NCBI GenBank assembly: GCA_902793695.1
Contig: CADBEI010000007.1
Span: forward strand, 804 to 64,803
Length of the DNA: 64,000 nt
Direction: 5' to 3'
Source of the DNA: an uncultured Pseudomonadota bacterium
Lineage (GTDB): Bacteria; Pseudomonadota; Alphaproteobacteria; RF32; CAG-239
The translations under genes were made by a program, and so were the position numbers. Positions 27,128 through 36,373 of the stretch are shown in pieces; the first letter of the stretch is position 1, and every line of letters begins with the position of its first letter. Under the pieces are notes generated by a model, which saw only the letters and a list, made by a program, of their open reading frames with translations, was not told the origin of the DNA and made no database searches.

Positions 27128-28108
27128 TTATAGTCCTCCCACACTTTTAATTTGTATAATTTGTTGTACATCAATATTTTGCTCAAGGCAAAGACTTTTC
27201 ACGGTTTTCCCTTTAGAAATTTCTTCGGACATCACACCGGTTTCCACACACAAAATCGGCGTAATTTCCACATTGACGGCACCCTTAATATCTGTGCGTA
27301 CCGTATCCCCAATCATACAGGTTCGCTTTTTATCGATTTTTACTCCGTTTTTTTGCAACATGGCAAACGTATAATCATAAATATTGGTGTGCGGTTTGCC
27401 GTATTCCAAAACTTCGGCGCCGCGTTTTCTGAACATTTCGGCAACAGTTCCGTTGCGCACCACAAAAACCGCCTCCGCTTCCGGCACCAACGGATGTCCC
27501 TCTTTGGCGGTAAAGTCCGGATTGGCATTTAACACCGGCAAACCCAATTCGACCGCCTTATCTACCCATACGACAAACGGCTCCGGCGTAGTGGTATCCC
27601 ATACCTTTCCCCCGCCGCTTTCATTATTTTTTACCGCCCAATACATATTTTTATATTGCGGATATGCGGCCACATCTTTTTCATACAAAAACGGCACTCC
27701 GCAATAAATAAAATCGGCCTCTTCCATTGTACTCACCTGCTGATACGGTGTATCGGCAAAAGCCTTGTCGTGCGATTTTCCGATAACATAATATTTGCAA
27801 GGATTTGGACAATTTGCAAAGGCAATATCGGCTTTCAGCAAATGTTGCCGCAATACATCGCCGGACGACAGCATATAATTATAATCCCGCCCTTGTATCA
27901 TTCCGCGCTTGCCGTAACTGCCGATTAAATCTTCTGCCATTTGCGTCGAATTTGAAATCACAACCACCGTTTTGCCCTGCGCAACCAACGCTCGCATCGT
28001 TTCCAAACTGCCGGCATAAAACTTGTTGCCTTCCCAAAAAACACCGTAAGCATCAAACAAAAACAAATCAAAACCGGCGGATATTTCGGCCAAATTATTA
28101 TAAATCAT
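27128..28108 (-). CDS. HAD-superfamily hydrolase (subfamily IIA-like)
   Basis: From ATG 28108 the motifs are FLFDAYGVFWEG (DxxG motif I variant), ISNS and MIGDTVRTDIKGA. Confidence 0.7.
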   Translation of the reverse strand: MIYNNLAEISAGFDLFLFDAYGVFWEGNKFYAGSLETMRALVAQGKTVVVISNSTQMAEDLIGSYGKRGMIQGRDYNYMLSSGDVLRQHLLKADIAFANCPNPCKYYVIGKSHDKAFADTPYQQVSTMEEADFIYCGVPFLYEKDVAAYPQYKNMYWAVKNNESGGGKVWDTTTPEPFVVWVDKAVELGLPVLNANPDFTAKEGHPLVPEAEAVFVVRNGTVAEMFRKRGAEVLEYGKPHTNIYDYTFAMLQKNGVKIDKKRTCMIGDTVRTDIKGAVNVEITPILCVETGVMSEEISKGKTVKSLCLEQNIDVQQIIQIKSVGGL

Positions 28109-29168
28109 CTTTTGCTCCCGCCTTGTGCAAAATCGCCACCCGTGCCTTATGCGGAATTTTCCGATTTTGAAATTGCCGATTCGCCGCAACAAAATCCTTC
28201 CATGCGGCACGGCTCGATTTACGCTTTGCCGTCAACTCCGGCACAACCCAAATTTTATCGTATGCCTTAAAAATTTCCTTCCCGCCGAGAGTAAGCCCTG
28301 CAAACGGCAATTTCCGCATTTGAGTGATGGCGTTTAACAATCTTTCGGCACGCGGAATATATTCACGCCGACACAGGCACGCCAAAATCCTGAACTTGAT
28401 TTCGTCGTGCCAGTTTAAAAAATCCGTGTATTTAAAGCAATACACAACATCGTCGATTGATTGCACCTGACCGGCAAAAACTTCATCGGCCTGCTTTTCA
28501 ATATAATCTTCCGCACTTTGTAAGCGCTTTGCCGTCAACGCCAAACATTCGGCCGAAATCTGCGTACCATTTTCCAATTGCGGGAGAAAAGCACGGATTC
28601 GATTGCGTAAATAACGCGTATCCGAATTAGACTCGTCCTTTATCCATTCAATTCCTTTTTGTTGAAGATAATTTTGCATTGTTTCCGGTGCAGAATATAA
28701 CAGCGGCCGCAAAATCAACACCCCGTCGCGCTCGGTAATTTCACGCATACAGCACAGGCCTTCAAGCCCGCTGCCGCGTTGCAGACGCATCAAAAACGTT
28801 TCGGCCTGATCTTGCAAATGGTGTGCCGTCAGCAAAACTCTGACATCATTTTGCCTACACCATTCAGTCAGCAACTTATAACGGGCAAGCCTCGCCGCCT
28901 CCTCAATCCCCGTAGCCGGTTTTGCACCTTGCCAATATAAAATATGGTGTTCGATTCCGTATTGTTGCATAATTTTTGCCACATATCGCGCCTCCTCTTC
29001 CGAACTCGGGCGCAACCCGTGACTGACTGTCAGCGCAATTATTTCATAACCGAAAACCGCTAATTGCTCTTTAGCCATTAAAATAAGTGCCAGAGAATCG
29101 GCGCCACCTGATACGGCTACGGCGATTCTCCGGACCTTAATTTGATATTTTGCGAGAAATTCTTGCAA
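28098..29168 (-). CDS. tilS: tRNA(Ile)-lysidine synthase
   Basis: The PP-loop is VAVSGGADSLAL, followed by the TAHHLQDQAETFLMRL pattern. Confidence 0.85.
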   Translation of the reverse strand: MQEFLAKYQIKVRRIAVAVSGGADSLALILMAKEQLAVFGYEIIALTVSHGLRPSSEEEARYVAKIMQQYGIEHHILYWQGAKPATGIEEAARLARYKLLTEWCRQNDVRVLLTAHHLQDQAETFLMRLQRGSGLEGLCCMREITERDGVLILRPLLYSAPETMQNYLQQKGIEWIKDESNSDTRYLRNRIRAFLPQLENGTQISAECLALTAKRLQSAEDYIEKQADEVFAGQVQSIDDVVYCFKYTDFLNWHDEIKFRILACLCRREYIPRAERLLNAITQMRKLPFAGLTLGGKEIFKAYDKIWVVPELTAKRKSSRAAWKDFVAANRQFQNRKIPHKARVAILHKAGAKDDL

Positions 29169-30140
29169 TTATTTATATCCGTGCAAAACCTCTTTACAGT
29201 TGAGTTTGATTTTCTCAACATTTACCTTGCTTTTCAGCTCGGCATTTGCCTTTGGGTATTCTTCATCAAAGTTCATCAACACCAAGCAAGCGCGATGACT
29301 GTCATCAAGCAACACAAAAGTCGTCCCCAAACGATACAGGCTGTCCGCCCCCTTGTTGCCATTTTTATAATTATCATACCCGTCTTTGAAAGCAACCTTT
29401 GCTTTGCTGTAATTACCGCGTTTCAAATAAACCTCACCGAGCCAATATTGAGCATTACTGGCTAAAGCATGATTCGGAAAGCGCTCCAAAATATCATTAT
29501 ACGCAATCTCGGCTTCATCATACAAACCGGCGTTATATGCCTTCATAGCATTATTATAAATGGTTTGCGCATCATTTGCCGAAGTCGGAGTCGCGGTCGG
29601 AGTCGCGGTAGGTTTTGGCGTGGCTGCTTTCGGAGTCGCAACCGGAGCGGCTACCGGTTTCGGAGTTGCAATTTGCGAAGCCTTTTTTTCTTTTTCCAAC
29701 GGCTCCAAATCCTTACCCTTGATTTTATCTCCGGCAACAGATTCGGCTGCGTCTTTAGCCACCGGCGCACTGTAAACTGTCGGGAACCTCGGAACCGGCG
29801 CACTCAAACTGTCCGGAATCGGGCGCCCTTCCAAAATTTTCAGGCGAATTTCCATATCGCGATTATATTTTTCGATTTTATCGTTGTTCTCTTTCAGCTT
29901 ATGTTCCAACTCATCCAAACGTCCGTTCAGTTTGCGAATTGTTTCGTCATATTCGCTGATCTTTCCCTGAACATCGCCGTTTGCCGAAGCTTTTTTATCG
30001 TTTTCACGATATAATTGACGTTGCAAAACCGTCACATCTTCACGCAAATTGGCAACTTCGCGAGCCAAATCGGCGGCAGAGGCCATATTAGCAAGCAACA
30101 CTCCGCACAAAGAAACAGAGAATAATTTAATAAGTTTCAT
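29169..30140 (-). CDS. cpoB: Tol-Pal system protein CpoB/YbgF
   Basis: The protein has a signal peptide, an N-terminal coiled coil, an Ala/Pro/Thr linker and C-terminal TPR repeats (ASNAQYWLGEVYLKRGNYSKA). ATG 30140 has a GAGG RBS. Confidence 0.8.
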   Translation of the reverse strand: MKLIKLFSVSLCGVLLANMASAADLAREVANLREDVTVLQRQLYRENDKKASANGDVQGKISEYDETIRKLNGRLDELEHKLKENNDKIEKYNRDMEIRLKILEGRPIPDSLSAPVPRFPTVYSAPVAKDAAESVAGDKIKGKDLEPLEKEKKASQIATPKPVAAPVATPKAATPKPTATPTATPTSANDAQTIYNNAMKAYNAGLYDEAEIAYNDILERFPNHALASNAQYWLGEVYLKRGNYSKAKVAFKDGYDNYKNGNKGADSLYRLGTTFVLLDDSHRACLVLMNFDEEYPKANAELKSKVNVEKIKLNCKEVLHGYK

Positions 30141-30268
30141 TTTTAACCTCACTTATATGTTTAGCCACGCTTTTTTTATAACGATTTTTTTCCGATAATA
30201 CAAGCATAAAGCAGGTTAAATCTTAAAATGTGCAAAATTTATGACGACCAAGCTTTTTATCCGATAAC

Positions 30269-30299
30269 AAAAAAAGACGCAACCGAATAAGCTGCGTCC
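30269..30299 (-). terminator. Rho-independent terminator downstream of pal
   Basis: On the minus strand: GGACGCAGCttattcggtTGCGTC followed by TTTTTTT. Confidence 0.6.
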
Positions 30300-30326
30300 T
30301 TTAATGTTTATACCTTAAGTGTCGTA

Positions 30327-30791
30327 TTATTCAGCAGAGCTGACAACTGTAACGGCACGACGGTTTTGAGCCCAAGCTGCTTCGTTGCTGCCGAATACAG
30401 CCGGTCTTTCTTTACCGTAAGAAATCGTAGAGATTCTGTTTTCAGCAACACCTTGAGATACCAAGTAAGCTTTTACAGCGTTAGCACGGCGTTCGCCCAA
30501 TGCCAAGTTGTATTCGCGAGTACCTCTTTCATCGCAGTAACCTTGAACGATTACATTAACATCGTCATGGCTCTTCAACCAAGCGGCCTGAGTATCCAAA
30601 GCTGCACGAGCTTCAGCTGACAAAGCAGAGCTGTCTGTGTCAAAGAATACGGTATCCGTTGTGTTTTCAGCAAAAGAACGAGCCAGTCTGGATTCGCAGT
30701 CAGCACCGCTGAACAGACCACCGTCCGCACCAAATACAGAACAACCCGATAAAGCTACAAGAGCTACGAACAAACTTAAAAGTTTTTTCAT
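30327..30791 (-). CDS. pal: Peptidoglycan-associated lipoprotein Pal (OmpA-like domain)
   Basis: The lipobox is LSGCS. The OmpA-C motifs are GYCDERGTREYNLALGERRANAV. Confidence 0.9.
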   Translation of the reverse strand: MKKLLSLFVALVALSGCSVFGADGGLFSGADCESRLARSFAENTTDTVFFDTDSSALSAEARAALDTQAAWLKSHDDVNVIVQGYCDERGTREYNLALGERRANAVKAYLVSQGVAENRISTISYGKERPAVFGSNEAAWAQNRRAVTVVSSAE

Positions 30792-30967
30792 TTTATTTTC
30801 TCCATATGGTTTTTTTAATATTTAATCGTATTGCTACGACCGTTTATTTAATTGTATAACAACTAATACATTGTTAACTTAAGTAATATTCGTAAATTTT
30901 TCAATAAGAAAAATAAAAAAATAGCAATAAAGTTAAAAACTGTGCATTATTTTTATATATTTTGGTT

Positions 30968-32737
30968 TTAAAAAGCCTGTTTTTTTACCTTGTAAGCCGC
31001 ATCTACAATGCTTTTTTGCTTCTCTATATCAAAATCGGCCTTTATGTTAAGTTGCGGGGCAACCGCGGCAATAATATTTCGTGTAATCGGCACCGCATTC
31101 CAACCGGCTGTGGTAAAGCCATACGTTTCTTTGCTGGCTTTCGGATCATCAATCACCACCAACAGCGCATATTTCGGGTCAGACTGCGGAAAAGCCGAAA
31201 TAAACGATGAAATACTTTTACTGTGGTTATAATGCCCGTTTTCCAGCTTATCGGCGGTACCGGTTTTACCCATAACCTGATAACCTTCCACATTGGCGCG
31301 CCGACCGGTACCTCTGGTCACAACCGCCCGCAACAGAGTGCGCATATTGTCAGAAGTTTGCTCGGAGACGACTCTTTTTCCTTTATGCTTATTATTATAT
31401 AAGAGTGTCGGCTGATGATACATCCCGCCGTTAACAATAGCGGAAAATGCCGTAATAATATGCAACGGAGTCGAAGAAATACCGTAGCCGTAGCTGATGG
31501 TGGCCATTGTTACATCTCCCCACCTTTCTTTGCTGGCAAACCATGGCTTTGCCAACTCCGGCAATTCAAATTCGGTCAAAGCCTTATCCATATTGATACT
31601 TTGCAAAAATTTGCGCTGAAACTTTTTACCGACTCGCAAAATCTCCAAAGTCGAACCGATATTGGACGACTCCACTAAAATATCTTCCGGCGTCAAATAT
31701 CCGTGCGAACCGTGCGGATCCGTAACCTTTAGGCGGTGCACATGGATTGCATGCGATGTATCAAATCTGTCCGTAATTTTCACTTTACCGCTTTCCAAGC
31801 TGAGCGCCGTATTGAAAACCTTAAACACCGAGCCGGCCTCATAAATACCCTTGGTGGCAAAGTTAAACATTTCTTTTTCGCCGAATTTACTGTTTTCGTT
31901 CGGGTCATAATCCGGCACCGAAGTCATAGCCACCACCTGACCGGTCTTAACATCCATCAAAATTGCGGCACCGCCGGCGGCATTAAATTTTTGCACTCCG
32001 GCAATCAGTTCATCGCGAATCTGGTTTTGAATACCCAAATCAAGCGACAAATACAGCGGTTTGGTTGAGGTTGTCAAACGCTCGTTCATTGATTTTTCAA
32101 TGCCGGCAATACCGTTATTATCAACATCGGTACTTCCCAAAACGTGTGCAAACAGATTCTTATGCGGATAAACCCGCTTTTCGCAACTCTCAAATTCCAA
32201 CCCCGGAATACCGAGATTATTGACTTGCGACTGTTGTGCCGGCGAAAGATTGCGTTTTAAATAGATAAACGCCCCTTTGCGATTGAGGCGATTTAAAAAG
32301 TATTCATACGAATCGTCCGGAAAAATTTCGCTCAAAGTGGCGGCCACATCTTCCGGATGGCGAATCTGTTTGGTATTGGCATACAGATTTTTGGTCGGTA
32401 AAGAAGTAGCGATAACCTCGCCGTTGCGATCCATAATATCGGCACGTTTAACCGTGTTTTTAAAATGAATAATATCCTCATCGGACATCTCGGCCAAGGC
32501 CGTATCAATATTGATGCCGTTGCCCAAACATACATAGGTCACGCGCGCACACAAAATCAAATAAACCGCAACAAAACAACAAAGCGCAAACAGCGTACGC
32601 TGACGACAGGTCAAAACATTATCATTCTCGGTGGTATAGCTTTTGGAGGTAATGGCACGTCGCGAAATCTTTATCTCCTGTCCCGGGAGATAAATTTTTT
32701 CTTCCTTTCGTTTAGAGAAACTGACGTTAAACCCCAT
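30968..32737 (-). CDS. ftsI: Peptidoglycan D,D-transpeptidase FtsI (PBP3)
   Basis: The protein has an N-terminal TM segment, SxxK (GSVFK), GKTGTA and the dcw cluster context. Confidence 0.9.
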   Translation of the reverse strand: MGFNVSFSKRKEEKIYLPGQEIKISRRAITSKSYTTENDNVLTCRQRTLFALCCFVAVYLILCARVTYVCLGNGINIDTALAEMSDEDIIHFKNTVKRADIMDRNGEVIATSLPTKNLYANTKQIRHPEDVAATLSEIFPDDSYEYFLNRLNRKGAFIYLKRNLSPAQQSQVNNLGIPGLEFESCEKRVYPHKNLFAHVLGSTDVDNNGIAGIEKSMNERLTTSTKPLYLSLDLGIQNQIRDELIAGVQKFNAAGGAAILMDVKTGQVVAMTSVPDYDPNENSKFGEKEMFNFATKGIYEAGSVFKVFNTALSLESGKVKITDRFDTSHAIHVHRLKVTDPHGSHGYLTPEDILVESSNIGSTLEILRVGKKFQRKFLQSINMDKALTEFELPELAKPWFASKERWGDVTMATISYGYGISSTPLHIITAFSAIVNGGMYHQPTLLYNNKHKGKRVVSEQTSDNMRTLLRAVVTRGTGRRANVEGYQVMGKTGTADKLENGHYNHSKSISSFISAFPQSDPKYALLVVIDDPKASKETYGFTTAGWNAVPITRNIIAAVAPQLNIKADFDIEKQKSIVDAAYKVKKQAF

Positions 32738-32738
32738 T

Positions 32739-33110
32739 TTAATTCTTCTTAACTTCTGCTTTTACCAAGGTTGTTACACTTTTTTTGTTCACACGCACCG
32801 CGTTGGATTCGGTGTTATCTTCATAGTTGAAGTGTAACGCAGAATAGTTAATAATTTGTTCAGGTTTTGCATTTTCTAAAGATAATTGTTCTTGAGCCAA
32901 TTTGCGTAAGCGCTCCGGCGTATTATGGTGGCTCCATTCGGCCTTCAAAACGTGGATTTCATCAATATCGCGCTGAATATTGCTGTTAATGGCGGCAAGC
33001 TGACGCTCCAGTCCCTGCACCTTATTTTTCAAAACGGAAGAACCGAACGCCACTATCAACGTTACCGTAAACCATAAAACAACCATTGCCGTCTTGATGC
33101 TTCCACCCAT
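32739..33110 (-). CDS. ftsL: Cell-division protein FtsL-like
   Basis: It is a small bitopic protein (one TM plus a coiled coil) lying between rsmH and ftsI. Confidence 0.55.
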   Translation of the reverse strand: MGGSIKTAMVVLWFTVTLIVAFGSSVLKNKVQGLERQLAAINSNIQRDIDEIHVLKAEWSHHNTPERLRKLAQEQLSLENAKPEQIINYSALHFNYEDNTESNAVRVNKKSVTTLVKAEVKKN

Positions 33111-33116
33111 AGCCGC

Positions 33117-34031
33117 CTATCTCCTTATTGCATATCTCAACTTTGCCGAACGCGCCCGCGGATTGTTGAAACACTCCGCCGCCGTCGGCATAATTGCTTT
33201 TGAAACTTCCGTAAACACACTGTTATCTTGCGCCAATTCCGGCGCATATTTGGAAATACGGACTTTTTTGCCGCCGTTTTCCTTCATATAATTCTTAACG
33301 ATTCGGTCTTCGAGTGAATGAAAATCCACCACCACCAGACGACCGCCGGAAATCAGCCGATTCGTTGCCCCTTTCAAACCACGCTCCAACTCTCCCAATT
33401 CATCATTGACCGCTATACGCAGAGCCTGAAAAGTCCGAGTCGCCGGATCAATTTCACCGGCGTGTTTATGAATAACCGTATAAACAATTTCCGCCAATTC
33501 GGTTGTGGTTTCGATTTTCTTGTGTCGACGATATTCGACGATTCGCGCCGCAATTTGTCGCGATTTTCTCTCTTCACCGTACTGATACAAAATATCAGCC
33601 AGTTCCCTTTCTCCATAATAATTAACAATATCTTTTGCACTCTCGCCTTCGCAAGACATCCGCATATCCAGTTCGGCTTCTTTGGCAAACGAAAATCCGC
33701 GTTCGGCATTATCGAGTTGCATTGAGGAAACACCGATATCAAAAACCGCTCCGCCGATTCGTTCCGGCACCAGCTCGGCAAAATCTCCGAATTTTCCGGC
33801 CCGAAATTCAAAACGCGAATCGTAAAGATTCTTAAATTCATTGGCTCGCACCATCACATTCGGGTCGCGATCAAGCGCAATCACTTTGCAAGGCGCCGCC
33901 TCAAGAATCGCCCGGGTGTAGCCGCCGTTGCCGAAAGTGGCATCAACATATATTTCGCCGGCTTTCGGCTGCAGATAAGTCAGCACTTCTTTCAGCATAA
34001 CCGGAATATGTTTCTGCCGCAGTATTACCAT
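33117..34031 (-). CDS. rsmH: 16S rRNA (cytosine1402-N4)-methyltransferase
   Basis: HIPVMLKEV...DATFGNGGYT...DLGVSS-like (DIGVSSMQLD) motifs are present. ATG 34031 overlaps the mraZ stop (TAATG). Confidence 0.9.
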   Translation of the reverse strand: MVILRQKHIPVMLKEVLTYLQPKAGEIYVDATFGNGGYTRAILEAAPCKVIALDRDPNVMVRANEFKNLYDSRFEFRAGKFGDFAELVPERIGGAVFDIGVSSMQLDNAERGFSFAKEAELDMRMSCEGESAKDIVNYYGERELADILYQYGEERKSRQIAARIVEYRRHKKIETTTELAEIVYTVIHKHAGEIDPATRTFQALRIAVNDELGELERGLKGATNRLISGGRLVVVDFHSLEDRIVKNYMKENGGKKVRISKYAPELAQDNSVFTEVSKAIMPTAAECFNNPRARSAKLRYAIRR

Positions 34032-34498
34032 TATTCTTGCTCCTTCGGCGCTTTCAGCGTCGGTCTGTTTTTCATCACTTCGGCCCGAATCCGTGCTTCT
34101 TCTTTTTCCCAATTTTGCGGATTCCAAATCTGGAACTTGCGCCCTTTTCCCACAAACACCGCCGTATCGGTAATCTGTGCGTGTTTTAAGAGTTTTTCGG
34201 TCAGCATAATCCGTCCGGTGCTGTCAAACGCAAAACGTTTGGCATCGCCGAAAATCAAATTGGTCAGATTATCTTGAGTTTCCGAAAAGAAGTCGGTGGC
34301 ATTTTCGATTTCGGTCGCCAGTTTATCGAGCGAATCCTCTAAACAGCCCTCGATACAAGGCGCCGACAAACTGCGATAGCATACTATTTCGGTTGATAGT
34401 TCTTTGGCAATGGCGCGGTAGTCAGCCGGAAGCGAAACGCGCCCTTTGGCGTCCACCTTGTTGAAAATCGTGTCCATAAACAGAAAGATTTTCCGCAT
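34031..34498 (-). CDS. mraZ: Transcriptional regulator MraZ
   Basis: DAKGRVSLPADYR and a second SpoVT/AbrB-like repeat (DSTGRIMLTEKL) are present. The true start may be ATG 34477. Confidence 0.85.
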   Translation of the reverse strand: MRKIFLFMDTIFNKVDAKGRVSLPADYRAIAKELSTEIVCYRSLSAPCIEGCLEDSLDKLATEIENATDFFSETQDNLTNLIFGDAKRFAFDSTGRIMLTEKLLKHAQITDTAVFVGKGRKFQIWNPQNWEKEEARIRAEVMKNRPTLKAPKEQE

Positions 34499-34533
34499 TT
34501 TTTGCCTTTCCTTACCGTTGCCTCACATTTAAA

Positions 34534-34568
34534 TGGTATAACATGGTATTTTATGGGATTCAATGGTA
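34534..34568. promoter_or_regulatory. Candidate MraZ operator: four TGG(T/G)A boxes at exact 10-bp phasing
   Basis: TGGTAtaacaTGGTAttttaTGGGAttcaaTGGTA, starting at 34534, 34544, 34554 and 34564, lies 36-70 bp upstream of mraZ. Confidence 0.55.
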
Positions 34569-34819
34569 ATTTTTAGCATTTTATTAACTGTTCGTTTTTT
34601 GTTCTTGTAAGTTGCAATATATATTGAAAAATATTCTGTACTTTCAACATATTATAAAAGTGTAAAAAATTTTTAAAAAATTAACACGCTTTGTCTGTAA
34701 CACTGTGGAAAAGCGAAAAGCGACAAATATGCGCATATTTTTCAATAAATTTCCTTGACAGAATCGACAATTTTCGTTATTCTGTTTGGAAATTACCATT
34801 ATTCTCAAATTATTAGATT

Positions 34820-35104
34820 ATGAAAAAAATTACAATTAAGGACATGAGGCAAGCCATTGTCTATGTCAACAACGGAAACTATGTCGGCAATCTCAACGAC
34901 CTCGCCGACGATGATTTGCTGGCCTGCGATTTCGGTCGTGACCTCAAGATGGGAAATGTACGCGTAGCCAATGTAGCTATTGAACTGGAGCGCCGCCACA
35001 ACTGGCTGGATATTCCGCAGGAAGCATTCCGAAACGTACCGGACAATACGGTCGGAGGTCTCTTAGACACCATCAACAAGTACATTGATGGAAAAGCAGA
35101 TTAG
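34820..35104 (+). CDS. Small hypothetical protein, carrier-protein(ACP)-like pattern without Ser attachment site
   Basis: DFGRDL...ELERRHNWLDIPQEAFRNV...TVGGLLDTINKYIDG resembles ACP DLGADS...LEEEF..EIPDEEAEKI.TV..AIDYI. The Ser position reads Leu. Confidence 0.4.
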   Translation: MKKITIKDMRQAIVYVNNGNYVGNLNDLADDDLLACDFGRDLKMGNVRVANVAIELERRHNWLDIPQEAFRNVPDNTVGGLLDTINKYIDGKAD

Positions 35105-35366
35105 ATTAGAGGATGTTCGCACCGCCCTGTATGCAATGAACGTACCGGCAGTGCAAAATTTTCCGGAGGAAGCGCTGAAGAATGCCGATTTCCGGTTTGA
35201 CTTGGAAATGGATGAACGCAAAGTCATCGCATTGATGAGCAATCTGGAAATTGAAAAGCATATCCTGCTTCCGGTGAACGTGTTGGAAAATATCCGAATG
35301 AAAAACAGTGTGAACACATTGATTTATTCGGCCAACAGTCACCTGATTGATTTGGATGAACAGTGA
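35085..35366 (+). CDS. Paralog of the preceding small protein (ACP-like pattern, no Ser)
   Basis: DFRFDL...LEIEKHILLPVNVLENI...SVNTLIYSANSHL has the same architecture. It overlaps the upstream gene by 20 nt. Confidence 0.4.
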   Translation: MMEKQIRLEDVRTALYAMNVPAVQNFPEEALKNADFRFDLEMDERKVIALMSNLEIEKHILLPVNVLENIRMKNSVNTLIYSANSHLIDLDEQ

Positions 35367-35371
35367 AAAAA

Positions 35372-35404
35372 ACACGGTAAGATTAACCTCTTGCCGTGTT
35401 TTTT
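35372..35404 (+). terminator. Rho-independent terminator
   Basis: ACACGGtaagattaacctcttgCCGTGT followed by TTTTTT. Confidence 0.6.
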
Positions 35405-35446
35405 ATATGCCGCGGTTTTAAAGACACTATCAAATAACATATAAAA

Positions 35447-35723
35447 CACCGTATAATGAGTCAGATACGACGTTACCCTTTGCGCGTAGTGTACAACAAA
35501 AGGTACATAAGCAAAACAGCAGTGCAGAACGTATAAAAATCCGTAGAATGAGGTAAATACGAAGGGGGATTTTGACGACGTGTACAAAAGAGGTACATAC
35601 CCCCCTCGAAGAACAGTTAAAACACCGTAGAATGAGTCAGATACGAAGTAAGCGGGTCGGCGCCGTGTACAATAAGAGGTACATAAGCCAACCCGCTTAC
35701 AAGTAGATGACCATTATACAGTG
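35447..35723. repeat. Long-hairpin element locus B: three tandem members, the last (35623..35723) complete
   Basis: Each member has (c)accgtaKaatgagKYaRatacgaMg, then a unique stem, GTGTACaa..aGGTACATA and the complementary stem. The last ends caagtagatgaccattatacagtg, 4 nt from the PPIase stop. Confidence 0.8.
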
Positions 35724-35726
35724 TTT

Positions 35727-36332
35727 TTAGATGTCGGAGATGACGGAAAGGGCAATAATCTCATCCGGATTTTCAACCATTCCATTGGGTTCGCCACCTT
35801 TTTTAAGCATATCGACATATTCCATACCGGAGGTTACTTCGCCCCAGACGGTATATTGACCATCAAGCCACGGACAATCGGCGTAACAAATAAAGAATTG
35901 GCTGTCGGCCGAATCCGGCATCATGGCACGCGCCATCGAAACCGTACCGCGTTTGTGCGGAGTGCGATTAAATTCGGCTTTGAGCTTTTTGCCGCTACCG
36001 CCGGTGCCATCGCCGCGCGGACAACCGGCTTGCGCCATAAAACCTTCAATCACTCGATGAAATTTCAGGCCGTTATAAAAACCCTGCCGCACCAATTCCT
36101 TAATTCGCGCCACATGGTTCGGAGCAATATCCGGCAACATTTCGATAATCACGTCACCGTATTTTGTTTGCAATAACAGAGCATTGTCGGCATCTTTAAC
36201 CCTGTATGAATGCTTGATTTTTTTAGCTCTGGTTTCGCTCATTGCCAATTTTTTAGTTTCTTTATTTTCCAAATTTTTGGTAGAAGGTTTGGAAAGATTT
36301 TTTGTTTTGTTTTTATCCAATAAATCAGTCAT
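35727..36332 (-). CDS. Cyclophilin-type peptidyl-prolyl cis-trans isomerase with Lys-rich N-terminal extension
   Basis: FHRVIEGFMAQAGCPRGDGTGGSG and the SMARA..PDSADSQFFI motif are present. Confidence 0.9.
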   Translation of the reverse strand: MTDLLDKNKTKNLSKPSTKNLENKETKKLAMSETRAKKIKHSYRVKDADNALLLQTKYGDVIIEMLPDIAPNHVARIKELVRQGFYNGLKFHRVIEGFMAQAGCPRGDGTGGSGKKLKAEFNRTPHKRGTVSMARAMMPDSADSQFFICYADCPWLDGQYTVWGEVTSGMEYVDMLKKGGEPNGMVENPDEIIALSVISDI

Positions 36333-36373
36333 TTCAGCTTCCTTTCATTTATTTATAAGATTTATTTAGGAAG

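Noticed and set aside
29560-29775. Gly/Ala/Val-rich 71-aa plus-strand ORF
   Set aside because: It is the antisense reading of the Ala/Pro/Thr-rich linker of CpoB, so it is a compositional artefact.
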